Source: Candidatus Sumerlaeia bacterium (lineage in GTDB: Bacteria > Sumerlaeota > Sumerlaeia > SLMS01). From it: a stretch of 44,030 bases of DNA. Below, piece by piece: positions 35,496 to 44,030 of the stretch. The notes beneath the pieces were generated by a model. The model did not search any database and was not told where the DNA came from. It was given only the letters and a program-made list of their open reading frames with translations. The position numbers and the translations under genes were made by a program. The stretch spans positions 1 through 44,030 of the forward strand of contig JBBQYG010000011.1 of NCBI GenBank assembly GCA_038208905.1, written 5' to 3'. Positions within the stretch are counted from its first letter, which is position 1. Every line of letters begins with the position of its first letter.

Positions 35496-36458
35496 GTGAC
35501 CAACGAAGCCCACAACGACCCGCCCGGCCAGCGGCTTGTCGATAACATCGAGAAAGTCATCGTCGGAAAGCGCAAGGTGGTGCTCCACGTGGTGGCGGCG
35601 CTCTTTGCCGGAGGCCACGTCCTGCTGGAGGACGTTCCCGGGACGGGAAAGACCTCGCTTGCCCGGGCGCTGGCCAAGTCCCTCAACGCCAGCTTTCACC
35701 GCATCCAGTTCACGCCCGACCTATTGCCGACGGATCTGACGGGCGTCTCGATTTTCAGCCAGAAGACCGCGGAGTTCGAGTTCCGCCCGGGCCCCCTTTT
35801 CGCCAGCATTGTCCTTGCCGACGAGCTCAACCGCGCCACGCCGCGGACCCAGAGCGCCTTGCTGGAGGCGATGGAGGAACACACCGTCAGCGCCGACGGC
35901 ACCACCTGGGCGCTGCCGCATCCGTTCTTCGTCATCGCCACGCAGAACCCCATCGAGCAGCACGGCGTCTATCAGCTTCCCGAGGCCCAACTCGACAGGT
36001 TTCTGGTGAGGCTCTCGCTCGGATATGCGACGCCCGGGGAGGAGCGCCGCTTCGTGGAGGCGCAGGCCGAGGAACACCCGATCCACGGCCTGGAACCGGT
36101 GCTTTCTGTCGAAGACCTTGAATCGGAAATGAAATTTCTCAGAAAAGTCGTTGTCGAATCCAACGTCGCCGACTACATTGTGAGGTTGGTTGGCGCCACG
36201 CGCGAACACCGCGAGGTCGTTCTGGGGGCAAGCCCCCGGGCCAGCCTTGCCCTATACCGACTCTCACAGGCCATGGCATGGATCACTGGAAAGCCCTTCG
36301 TCTCGCCCGACCTCGTCAAGAAACTGGCCCCGGCCGTCCTGTGCCACCGCATCCTGCTCCGGCCCCAGGCGCGCCTTGGCGGCATCAAGCCGGAACAGAT
36401 CGTCTCGGAAGTGCTCGCGAGCACCGACGTCCCCGTTGTCCGCATGGTCGAGGGTTAA
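35496..36458 (+). CDS. MoxR-family AAA+ ATPase
   Basis: LLEDVPGTGKT, RIQFTPDLLPTD, LADELNRATPRTQSALLEAM, ATQNPIE, LPEAQLDRF, GASPRA. GTG start at 35496. Confidence 0.95.
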   Translation: MTNEAHNDPPGQRLVDNIEKVIVGKRKVVLHVVAALFAGGHVLLEDVPGTGKTSLARALAKSLNASFHRIQFTPDLLPTDLTGVSIFSQKTAEFEFRPGPLFASIVLADELNRATPRTQSALLEAMEEHTVSADGTTWALPHPFFVIATQNPIEQHGVYQLPEAQLDRFLVRLSLGYATPGEERRFVEAQAEEHPIHGLEPVLSVEDLESEMKFLRKVVVESNVADYIVRLVGATREHREVVLGASPRASLALYRLSQAMAWITGKPFVSPDLVKKLAPAVLCHRILLRPQARLGGIKPEQIVSEVLASTDVPVVRMVEG

Positions 36459-36493
36459 TCGCCTCCTCACCAACGCCACGGAGGCACCTCGCC

Positions 36494-37279
36494 TTGAATC
36501 GCCTGATCGCGACGACATTCCTGTTGGCGACATTGCTTGTGGGCTGCGCCAAGCCGACCGATCCCGCCGCGCCGGTCGGCGAGGAAGCGGGTGGCCTGCT
36601 GCTTGCCGTCGATCTTGGCGCGGTGGCCCCCGATCCAGCGATGGAACGCCTCCTCGCGCCCTATCGCGTGGAGGTCGAAAAGCTCAGGGAGCCCATCGGC
36701 GAATCCCACGGCGGCATGATCCACCAGGCCCGCAAGGTCACGCCCCTCGGTTGCTGGGTAACCGATATTATGCGCGAGCGCGCCGCCCAGGTGGCGGGTC
36801 GCCCCGTTGATTTCGCCTTCACAAATTCGGGCGGCATTCGCGCGGCGCTCCCCGATGGACCTGTGTCCTATGACATAATCTCCCAGATTCTGCCGTTCGA
36901 TAACACGCTGGCGATGATTGATCTGGATGGGACGGCGTTCCGACGCCTGCTCGAAAAGATATGCTCCGACCGAGATGGGCACTCGATTTCGGGAGCTTTC
37001 ATCGAGGGCGACGCCGAGAACAATCTCGTCTCCGCGACCATTGGCGGCAAGGCACTCGACGATTCGCGGCAGTATCTGGTGGTGACAAACAACTACCTCT
37101 CGAGCGGTGGCGGAGGCATGGCGATGCTGAAGGAGTTTGCCCAGCAGGACACGGGCGTATTCCAGCGCGACGCCGTGGCGGATCACGTCCGCGAGTTGAC
37201 CGCCGCGGGGAAGAAGATCGAGCAACCCGCCGACTATCCACGCTACCGATATGCGGAGAAGAAGGAGGGCGCGCCATGA
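36494..37279 (+). CDS. 5'-nucleotidase C-terminal (substrate-binding) domain lipoprotein
   Basis: TTG start with GGAGG RBS, lipobox LVGC, NSGGIRA, ILPFDN, YLVVTNNYLSSGGGG. Confidence 0.88.
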   Translation: MNRLIATTFLLATLLVGCAKPTDPAAPVGEEAGGLLLAVDLGAVAPDPAMERLLAPYRVEVEKLREPIGESHGGMIHQARKVTPLGCWVTDIMRERAAQVAGRPVDFAFTNSGGIRAALPDGPVSYDIISQILPFDNTLAMIDLDGTAFRRLLEKICSDRDGHSISGAFIEGDAENNLVSATIGGKALDDSRQYLVVTNNYLSSGGGGMAMLKEFAQQDTGVFQRDAVADHVRELTAAGKKIEQPADYPRYRYAEKKEGAP

Positions 37280-38208
37280 TCGACCGCCGCCGATTTCTGA
37301 AGTCAGGCCTGACACTCGCGGCTGGCGCCGCTTGCTCGTGGCCGTTCGACCTGCTGGCCGCGAAGCCCGGGAGCGCGCTGCGGCTCACGATCCTCCATAC
37401 CAACGACGTGCATTCCCACTTGGAGCCCATGAAGTCAGGTGATTATGCGGGTCTCGGCGGCGCTTCCGCGCGCGCGTCGTTGATCAGTCGGGTAAGGGAG
37501 CAAGAGAAGCACGTGCTCTTGCTCGATGCCGGCGACGTGTTTCAGGGGACGCCGTATTTCAATATCTTCAAGGGCGAACCCGAGGCCCGCGCCATGAGCG
37601 CCATGCGGTTCGACGCCGGCACCATCGGCAACCACGAGTTCGACGCGGGGATCGAGCGCCTGGCCGAGGTCATTCGAACCCACATGAACTTTCCCATTCT
37701 GAACTGCAACTACGGCATCAACGGCACACCGCTCGAAGGCGCGACGCGCGAGCATCTGGTGATCGAGAAAGAGGGCCTCCGCATCGGCCTCCTTGGTCTG
37801 GGAATCAGGCTGGAGGGCCTCGTGTTCCCCGGCTACTACAGCGACCTGCGATATCGCGATCCCATCGCCGACGCAAAGCGCGTTGCGACCCACCTGCGCG
37901 AGGAGGAGAAGTGCGACTTCATCATCTGCCTCTCCCACCTTAACCTCTATGCCCGGAGGGTTGGCGACGCCGCCAGCCAACCCGGCGACCGCGATCTGAT
38001 TCGCGAGGTTCCGGAGATCGATCTGGTGATCGGCGGCCACAACCACATCTACCTTGAGCGGCCCGACGTGTACTATCGCAAGGAGTCGACCGGCTTCATC
38101 GCACAGGCTGGATGGGCGGGAACACATATGGGGCGGCTCAGTTTCGACATCTTTGGCCGGTCCAAGCGCGAGGTCGCCGGGTGGACGATCCACCCCGCCG
38201 TGGCGTGA
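37276..38208 (+). CDS. 5'-nucleotidase N-terminal metallophosphoesterase domain protein with Tat signal
   Basis: DRRRFLK, LHTNDVHS, LDAGDVFQGT, GNHEFD, LSH, IGGHNH. ATGA overlap. Confidence 0.92.
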   Translation: MIDRRRFLKSGLTLAAGAACSWPFDLLAAKPGSALRLTILHTNDVHSHLEPMKSGDYAGLGGASARASLISRVREQEKHVLLLDAGDVFQGTPYFNIFKGEPEARAMSAMRFDAGTIGNHEFDAGIERLAEVIRTHMNFPILNCNYGINGTPLEGATREHLVIEKEGLRIGLLGLGIRLEGLVFPGYYSDLRYRDPIADAKRVATHLREEEKCDFIICLSHLNLYARRVGDAASQPGDRDLIREVPEIDLVIGGHNHIYLERPDVYYRKESTGFIAQAGWAGTHMGRLSFDIFGRSKREVAGWTIHPAVA

Positions 38209-38265
38209 CCGTGGCGGCCCGGAGGCGCCTATCCAACCAGAGATCGAAGAATAGGCCCCTCCCCC

Positions 38266-38294
38266 TTGACAGTCGGGGCGGGCTTGGCTACCAC
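38266..38294 (+). promoter_or_regulatory. Possible sigma70 promoter for the liv-type operon
   Basis: TTGACA-N17-TACCAC: perfect -35 but weak -10. Confidence 0.25.
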
Positions 38295-38332
38295 CAGACG
38301 CCGGTTTAAACCCCCTGATTCTGGAGAACGTC

Positions 38333-39538
38333 ATGAACGCCTTTGTCCGTCGAAGCGTGCCGGGTCTTGTTGCCCGCAGCTTCCTGTGCCTGACGCTTGC
38401 CCTTGGACTTATTGCCGGCTGCGAGAGGCAGTCTCCCCAAAGCAGTGGCGGAGCCGATGCGGCCCCCGCTCCGCAGGGCGACACGATCAAGGTAGGGCAC
38501 TTTGGGACCCTGACGGGGAACGAGGCCACCTTTGGCCAGTCCACCGACAAGGGCGTTAAGATGGCCTTTGACGAGGCCAACGCCGAGGGCGGCATCAACG
38601 GCAAGAAGCTGGAGCTTATCTCCCGTGATACGCGCGGGCGCACGGAGGACTCCGGCAGCGCGGTGACGCGCCTGATCGACAGCGACAAGGTGGTGGCGCT
38701 TCTGGGCGAGGTGGCCTCGGGCCGCAGCATCGCCGGTGGGCGCGTGGCTCAGGCCAAGGGGATTCCGATGATCTCCCCCGCCTCCACGAATCCCGACGTG
38801 ACAGCGATCGGCGACAAGATCTTCCGTGTGTGCTTCATCGATCCGTTTCAGGGCTTCGTGGTGGCGAAGTTCGCAAGCGAGAACCTGAAGGTTAAGAAGG
38901 TCGCGATCCTCTATGACCAATCCCAAGCCTATTCGACCGGCCTGCGGAAGAATTTCGTGGAGGCGTTCACCAAGATGGGTGGAACCATCACCACAGAACA
39001 GGCCTACAGCGGCGGCGATCAGGACTTCAGCGCGCAACTGACCACGATCCGGGAGACTGCGCCCCAGGCGATTTTCATCCCGGGCTACTACAGCGAGGTG
39101 GGCAACATCGCGTTGCAGGCCAAGAAGCTGGGCATTCACGTGCCGATGCTGGGCGGGGACGGATGGGATTCAGCCGAACTGCTTCAGATCGCGGGCGAAG
39201 CCCTTGAGGGCTCCTTCTTCTCCAACCACTTCAGCGAGGAAAACCCCCGCCCCGAGCAGGCCGCCTTCATCGAGCGCTATCGCGCGAAGTGGAGCGAGCG
39301 CCCCGACGCCATGGCGGCGCTCGGCTATGACGCGGCGAAGATTCTGGTTGAGGCGATGAAGAAGGCGCCGTCGCTCAAATCCGATGAACTCGCCGCAGCG
39401 ATCGCGGCAACCAAGGACTTCCCCGGCGTGACGGGTATGATCACCATCGACGCGAACCGCAACGCGCGGAAGTCAGCCGTGATGCTGGAAATCAAGGGCG
39501 GCAAGCTGACATTCGCGGCGAGCATCGATCCCGAATGA
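38333..39538 (+). CDS. Branched-chain amino acid-type ABC transporter substrate-binding lipoprotein (LivJ/LivK family)
   Basis: Lipobox IAGC, GGINGKKLEL, FRVCFIDPFQG, DFSAQLT, LGGDGWDS, GYDA. Confidence 0.93.
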   Translation: MNAFVRRSVPGLVARSFLCLTLALGLIAGCERQSPQSSGGADAAPAPQGDTIKVGHFGTLTGNEATFGQSTDKGVKMAFDEANAEGGINGKKLELISRDTRGRTEDSGSAVTRLIDSDKVVALLGEVASGRSIAGGRVAQAKGIPMISPASTNPDVTAIGDKIFRVCFIDPFQGFVVAKFASENLKVKKVAILYDQSQAYSTGLRKNFVEAFTKMGGTITTEQAYSGGDQDFSAQLTTIRETAPQAIFIPGYYSEVGNIALQAKKLGIHVPMLGGDGWDSAELLQIAGEALEGSFFSNHFSEENPRPEQAAFIERYRAKWSERPDAMAALGYDAAKILVEAMKKAPSLKSDELAAAIAATKDFPGVTGMITIDANRNARKSAVMLEIKGGKLTFAASIDPE

Positions 39539-39581
39539 TGGCGGGAATAACCATCGAACGTTCCGCGCGGGCGGCCCGGCA

Positions 39582-40541
39582 TTGACCAAGTTCCTCCAGA
39601 CCAGCATCGACGGGCTTGCTGTGGGGAGCCTCTATGCCCTGATCGCGCTTGGCTATACGATGGTCTATGGGACACTGAAGTTCATCAACTTCTCCCACGC
39701 GTCGGTCTTCATGCTGGGCGCGTGGTTCTCCCTCGGCGTGGCGCGCCTGTTGGGATGGGGCCAGACCGGCGCCGAGGTGCCCATCTATGCGGCGCTGGTG
39801 GTGCTTTTGGCGACGATGACGATTTGCGGGGCGCTGGGATTCGCCATCGAGCGACTCGCCTACAAGCCGCTCCGCAGCGCGCCGCGACTCAACGTCCTGA
39901 TCACCGCCATCGGCATCGCCATGCTCATCGACAATACGGCGGCGCTCGAGAAGAAGGCGGAAATCGCCGGCTACACGATTCCGATCGGCTTCGGGACGCG
40001 GCCCCAGCGCATGCCATCGCTTTTTCAGGACAAGGCGGTCGCCGAGATCGCAGGCGTCAATATCCAGTTCGTCGATATCGTTGTGGTGATTTCGGCGGTG
40101 GTGCTGATGGCGGGGCTCCAACTGCTGGTCTTCGGCACGAAGCTGGGCGCCGCGATGCGCGCCGTTTCGGAAGACACGCGCGCCGCCGCGCTCATGGGAA
40201 TTCCCGTGGATCGAGTCATATCGATCACCTTTGTGGTGGGGACGATGCTGGCGGCGGCGGCGGGCTTTCTTTTCGCCGCGAAGTATCCGGGACTCAACCA
40301 ACCCGCCGCGGCCAACTGGGCGCTGCTGGGCCTGAAGGCCTTCGTTGCGGCGGTGGTCGGCGGCATCGGCAACATCCGCGGAGCCGTGGTGGGCGGCATT
40401 CTGATCGGCATGATCGAGCTTTTTGGCGCGGCCTATCTCTTCACCCAGCTCCGCGATGTCTATGTATTCGTCATCCTTATCGCCGTCTTGCTCGTGCGAC
40501 CGACGGGGCTGTTCCCCAGCGGCGCCGTCAACAAGGTCTGA
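39582..40541 (+). CDS. livH: Branched-chain amino acid ABC permease
   Basis: GSLYALIALGYTMVYG..KFINF, GAAMRAVSED, KAFVAAVVGGIG, RPTGLF. TTG start. Confidence 0.92.
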   Translation: MTKFLQTSIDGLAVGSLYALIALGYTMVYGTLKFINFSHASVFMLGAWFSLGVARLLGWGQTGAEVPIYAALVVLLATMTICGALGFAIERLAYKPLRSAPRLNVLITAIGIAMLIDNTAALEKKAEIAGYTIPIGFGTRPQRMPSLFQDKAVAEIAGVNIQFVDIVVVISAVVLMAGLQLLVFGTKLGAAMRAVSEDTRAAALMGIPVDRVISITFVVGTMLAAAAGFLFAAKYPGLNQPAAANWALLGLKAFVAAVVGGIGNIRGAVVGGILIGMIELFGAAYLFTQLRDVYVFVILIAVLLVRPTGLFPSGAVNKV

Positions 40542-40547
40542 TTCCGA

Positions 40548-41759
40548 ATGTCCGAGCAGCCACGTGACGCATGGACGTCAACGCCGGTCATTTGGCTGCG
40601 CAGCATTCTGCCATGGCTTGTCGGCGGAGTCCTCGCATTCGCGCTCTATCGCTATGGAATGTGGTCTGAATCGAACCAGGGGTCGCGGCTCGCGATGCCC
40701 ATTTTCCACTTCAAGATCCTCAGCCTGATCGGCATCAACGCGATCATGGCCGTCTCGTTGAACGTGGTTAATGGATATACAGGCCAGTTCTCGCTGGGGC
40801 ATGTCGGCTTCATGGCGATCGGCGGATACGTGTCCGGCGCGATGACTTACTACGGCTCCATGATTCTCTGGCAAAGCACCGCGATTCACGGGGAACTTTT
40901 CGGCGGCGGTGATTTCCTGTTCCTCGGCGCACTGCTCTGCGGGGGCCTGGTAGCCGCGCTCGCGGGTTACGTGGTCGGCCTCCCTTCGCTCAGGTTGCGC
41001 GGTGACTACCTGGCTATCGTGACGCTCGGATTTGGGGAGATTGTCCGCCTGATCCTGACGCTCACTCGCCCCATCAAGAAGACCGCGGAGGAAGTCTCGC
41101 AGGCCGGCCTCCTCTCGATCACGCACAACGCAAACGGCTCCTGGGCGCTCGATGGCTGGATGATCTCCGTCGGCGGGGCGCTGGGCTTCGATGGCATTCC
41201 GAAATATACGAATCTGTTCTGGATCTACCTCCTCTGCTTCGCGACGATCATCTTCTGCTATCGGCTCAAGCAGTCGGTCCTCGGCAAGGCCTTCGTCTCC
41301 ATCCGCGAGGATGAGGTTGCGGCGGAGGCAATGGGCGTTCCCACCACGCGCTACAAGGTGCTGGCCTTTGTGATTGCGGCTTTCTTCGGCGGCGTCGGTG
41401 GCGGGCTCTTTGCACACGAAGTTGGCATTCTCATCTCCCCGCCGGAGATGAATTTCCTCAAGAGCGTGGACTACGTCATCATGGTGGTGCTCGGCGGCAT
41501 GGGCTCGATCAGCGGCGCGGTTCTCGCGGCCATCGCACTGACGATCCTGCCGGAACTGCTCCGCGATCTCTCCTGGATACCGTTCCTGCCCAAGGCGCTC
41601 CACGATGTCTCCGACTACCGCCTCATCATCTATGCGCTGATCCTCATCTGCGTGATGATCATGCGCCCGCAGGGGCTCATGGGCATCAAGGAAATATGGG
41701 AGGTCCGCCCGGCTCTCTGGCTTCGCGCGAAGCTCGCCCGGAAGGAGAAGTCGCCATGA
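40548..41759 (+). CDS. livM: Branched-chain amino acid ABC permease
   Basis: GYTGQFSLGH, LRLRGDYLAIVTLGFGEI, IREDEVAAEAMG, MVVLGGMGS, RPQGLMG. Confidence 0.93.
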   Translation: MSEQPRDAWTSTPVIWLRSILPWLVGGVLAFALYRYGMWSESNQGSRLAMPIFHFKILSLIGINAIMAVSLNVVNGYTGQFSLGHVGFMAIGGYVSGAMTYYGSMILWQSTAIHGELFGGGDFLFLGALLCGGLVAALAGYVVGLPSLRLRGDYLAIVTLGFGEIVRLILTLTRPIKKTAEEVSQAGLLSITHNANGSWALDGWMISVGGALGFDGIPKYTNLFWIYLLCFATIIFCYRLKQSVLGKAFVSIREDEVAAEAMGVPTTRYKVLAFVIAAFFGGVGGGLFAHEVGILISPPEMNFLKSVDYVIMVVLGGMGSISGAVLAAIALTILPELLRDLSWIPFLPKALHDVSDYRLIIYALILICVMIMRPQGLMGIKEIWEVRPALWLRAKLARKEKSP

Positions 41760-42538
41760 GCGAAGTCGCCCTCGAAGCACGAGGCGTCTCGATCTCCTTC
41801 GGCGGACTCAAGGCCGTCTCGGGGTTCGACCTGACGCTTGAGAAGGGATCTCTGCAGGGCCTCATTGGGCCCAATGGCGCGGGGAAAACCACGCTCTTCA
41901 ATCTGGTCACCGGTGTCTATACGCCCAGCGAGGGAACGATTCACCTGGGCAGCCAGCGCATCGACGGAATGCGCCCGCACCAGATCACTCGGCGCGGCCT
42001 CGCGCGGACGTTTCAGAATATCCGACTGTTCCCCGACCTCCGCGTGATCGACAACGTGATGGTGGCGGCGCAGACCCACATGAAGCATGGACTGGTTCCC
42101 ACGATCCTCCGCACGGGTGGCTATCGCCGCGAGCAACTGGCCATCGAGCGCCGCGCCCGGGAACTGCTCTCGATCTTCAACCTGCAGGGACTCGCAGGGG
42201 AACAGGCCAAGAACCTTCCCTACGGCCATCAACGCCGGCTTGAAATGGCCCGCGCGCTGGCGACCGACCCCAAGGTTCTCCTCCTCGACGAGCCTGCGGC
42301 AGGCATGAATCCGCAGGAGAAACTTGGCCTCGCTTCGCTCATCGCGGAGCTCCGCAAGGAGTTCGACCTGACGATCCTCCTCATCGAGCACGACATGGGG
42401 CTGGTCATGGACATCTGCGAGCAGATCACCGTCCTGGACTATGGCGTGGTGATCGCCAGCGGGCCGCCGAAGAAAATCCAAAACGATCCCCGCGTCATCG
42501 AGGCCTACCTCGGCACGCCCATGACCAACGAGGAGTAG
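41756..42538 (+). CDS. livG: Branched-chain amino acid ABC ATP-binding protein
   Basis: FGGLKAV, GPNGAGKTT, RTFQNIRLF, LPYG, LLDEPAAG, IEHDM, VIEAYLG. ATGA overlap. Confidence 0.95.
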   Translation: MSEVALEARGVSISFGGLKAVSGFDLTLEKGSLQGLIGPNGAGKTTLFNLVTGVYTPSEGTIHLGSQRIDGMRPHQITRRGLARTFQNIRLFPDLRVIDNVMVAAQTHMKHGLVPTILRTGGYRREQLAIERRARELLSIFNLQGLAGEQAKNLPYGHQRRLEMARALATDPKVLLLDEPAAGMNPQEKLGLASLIAELRKEFDLTILLIEHDMGLVMDICEQITVLDYGVVIASGPPKKIQNDPRVIEAYLGTPMTNEE

Positions 42539-42545
42539 CCCCGCG

Positions 42546-43259
42546 ATGCCCCTCCTCGAAATCCGCGACCTCGATGTCCACTACGGCGCGATCCACGCCC
42601 TGCACGGCGTATCGCTCTCCGTGGAGGAGGGCCGCATCGTGACGCTCCTCGGCTGCAATGGCGCGGGAAAAACAACCACCCTGCGCGCGATTTCGGGATT
42701 GTTGAAGCAGGTACGCGGCTCGATCGTCTACGATGGCAAGCCGCTCTTCGGCATCCCGCCCCACCAAATTGTCCGGATGGGAATAGCCCACGTGCCCGAG
42801 GGCCGCGGCATTTTCCCCAGCCTGACGGTCATGGAAAACCTGACGCTCGGCGCGTATATACGAAACGATGCCGCGGGAATCCGCAAGGACCGCGACAAGG
42901 TTTTCGACTACTTTCCCCGCCTGCGCGAGCGCGTTGGCCAGTATGCGGGAACGCTCTCCGGCGGAGAGCAGCAGATGCTGGCCATCGGCCGCGCGCTGTT
43001 GGGAAGGCCGCGGCTCCTCCTCCTCGACGAGCCATCGCTCGGCCTCGCCCCCCAGATCGTCATCACGATTTTCGCGATCATCCGAGAGATAAACACCGAG
43101 GGGACCACGATCCTGCTGGTGGAGCAGAACGCCCACATGGCGCTGAAGACGGCCCACCACGGCTATGTTCTGGAAGCAGGCGCCGTGGTGATGGGCGACA
43201 CCGCGGAAGCGCTTGCCCATAGCGACGAAGTGCGCAAAGCGTATCTGGGCGTCGGCTGA
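42546..43259 (+). CDS. livF: Branched-chain amino acid ABC ATP-binding protein
   Basis: GCNGAGKTT, VPEGRGIF, LSGGEQQMLA, LDEPSLGLAP, LVEQN, AYLG. Confidence 0.95.
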   Translation: MPLLEIRDLDVHYGAIHALHGVSLSVEEGRIVTLLGCNGAGKTTTLRAISGLLKQVRGSIVYDGKPLFGIPPHQIVRMGIAHVPEGRGIFPSLTVMENLTLGAYIRNDAAGIRKDRDKVFDYFPRLRERVGQYAGTLSGGEQQMLAIGRALLGRPRLLLLDEPSLGLAPQIVITIFAIIREINTEGTTILLVEQNAHMALKTAHHGYVLEAGAVVMGDTAEALAHSDEVRKAYLGVG

Positions 43260-43266
43260 CACGCGC

Positions 43267-43290
43267 GCGGGGCTGTCGCCCGCTTCATTT
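43267..43290 (+). terminator. Possible intrinsic terminator after livF
   Basis: GCGGGGC-TGTC-GCCCGC hairpin (one bulge) followed by TTCATTT. An alternative outer stem GCGCGCGGG/CCCGCGCGC spans 43263-43299. Confidence 0.35.
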
Positions 43291-43340
43291 CCCGCGCGCA
43301 CGAATCGACACCTCCTCCAGGCCGCTCAGGTGGAACCATC

Positions 43341-44030
43341 ATGAAGCAATCACTCCTCATCGGAGCGCTCGCGCTGTCGCTCCTCCCGTCACAGACCGCG
43401 CTTTTCGCAGCTGCTCTCGGCAGGCCCCCGATCAAGGGCACCACCGTCGAGCCCTACTCCGCCCTTGCAGGTATCGACATCACGACGACGATGCTCGACG
43501 ATCTGCAATACCTGAACGACGGCATGATTCGAGTGGAGTTCAAATGCGACGACGATGGCTCCATCAACTACCCTGCCTGTGACTACATTTTTCGCGAGTT
43601 CCATCGCCGTGGAATCCCGGTGCTTGGCCTCATCGACTATGCGAGCCTCGCGCACGGCGGCTCGCCCGACTGGCAAACCGACGATTTTCGCGCCCGGTTC
43701 ACGCCGCGCGTTAAGGAGATCGTTGCCCACTATGCGCGCCACGCCGATTCCCCGATCGCACACTGGGAAATCTGGAACGAGCCCGATTTCAAATGCCGCG
43801 TCGAGCCCGAACCTTATGCGCGCCTTGTGATCGACAGCTACACCGCCATCAAGGCCATCGATGCGGACTCCATCGTAGTGCTTGGGGGCATCTCTCCGAA
43901 GGGTTTCGCCTATCCCGACAAGCCGAACTACCTGAGCGACCTCTATCGGTCCTCTCCAATGACCGAGTACCGAAACGCTCACGGCCTCTATCCGTGGGAT
44001 GCCGTCGGCTGCCATCCGTATCCCGAAACC
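43341..44030 (+). CDS. Secreted clan-A glycoside hydrolase (GH5/GH39-like), 3'-truncated and absent from the ORF track
   Basis: Manual translation: MKQSLLIGALALSLL signal...RGIPVLGLIDY...HWEIWNEPD (acid/base Glu)...VVLGG...WDAVGCHPY. Frame is open to the window end. Confidence 0.85.
   Translation, partial: MKQSLLIGALALSLLPSQTALFAAALGRPPIKGTTVEPYSALAGIDITTTMLDDLQYLNDGMIRVEFKCDDDGSINYPACDYIFREFHRRGIPVLGLIDYASLAHGGSPDWQTDDFRARFTPRVKEIVAHYARHADSPIAHWEIWNEPDFKCRVEPEPYARLVIDSYTAIKAIDADSIVVLGGISPKGFAYPDKPNYLSDLYRSSPMTEYRNAHGLYPWDAVGCHPYPET

Noticed and set aside
43389-44015. 208-aa minus-strand ORF at the window end
   Set aside because: The + strand frame from 43341 has a signal peptide and clear glycoside hydrolase motifs.
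1-44030. CRISPR arrays, tRNA or rRNA genes, prophage, integrase
   Set aside because: No regularly spaced repeats, cloverleaf-like sequences or phage/recombinase ORFs were seen, and intergenic gaps are all short.

Overview
GC-rich bacterial chromosomal window, densely coding (about 43 CDS), with no tRNA, rRNA, CRISPR array or transposase that I can see. It mixes housekeeping genes (fmt, lysC, proC, ppk1, queG, comF-family, glf, kdsC, lysA, a livJHMGF-type ABC transporter) with accessory genes: a hicAB toxin-antitoxin pair, a pseudopilin, a Tat-exported three-subunit molybdenum hydroxylase operon with a small Cys-rich fourth gene, a split 5'-nucleotidase, and glycan-modifying enzymes. The pseudopilin style and a C-terminal 'SSAKDWLLY' tail suggest Candidatus Sumerlaeota (BRC1). 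That assignment is an inference from memory, not a search result. Most notable: (1) a secreted protein ending in a short DWLLY tail that may be a lineage-specific sorting signal; (2) a secreted protein with a dockerin-like loop, a ~270-aa Ser/Thr/Pro linker and a cohesin-like domain, directly upstream of glf; (3) a 163-bp MITE inserted into a stop codon with a TA duplication; (4) a 97-bp hairpin whose G-U pattern favours minus-strand RNA, upstream of hicAB; (5) two paralogous output-less double-receiver proteins with MinD-like basic/hydrophobic motifs; (6) an aspartate kinase with a rewritten N-terminal ATP-binding loop. Many starts in the ORF track are over-extended and were corrected using RBS and overlap evidence.
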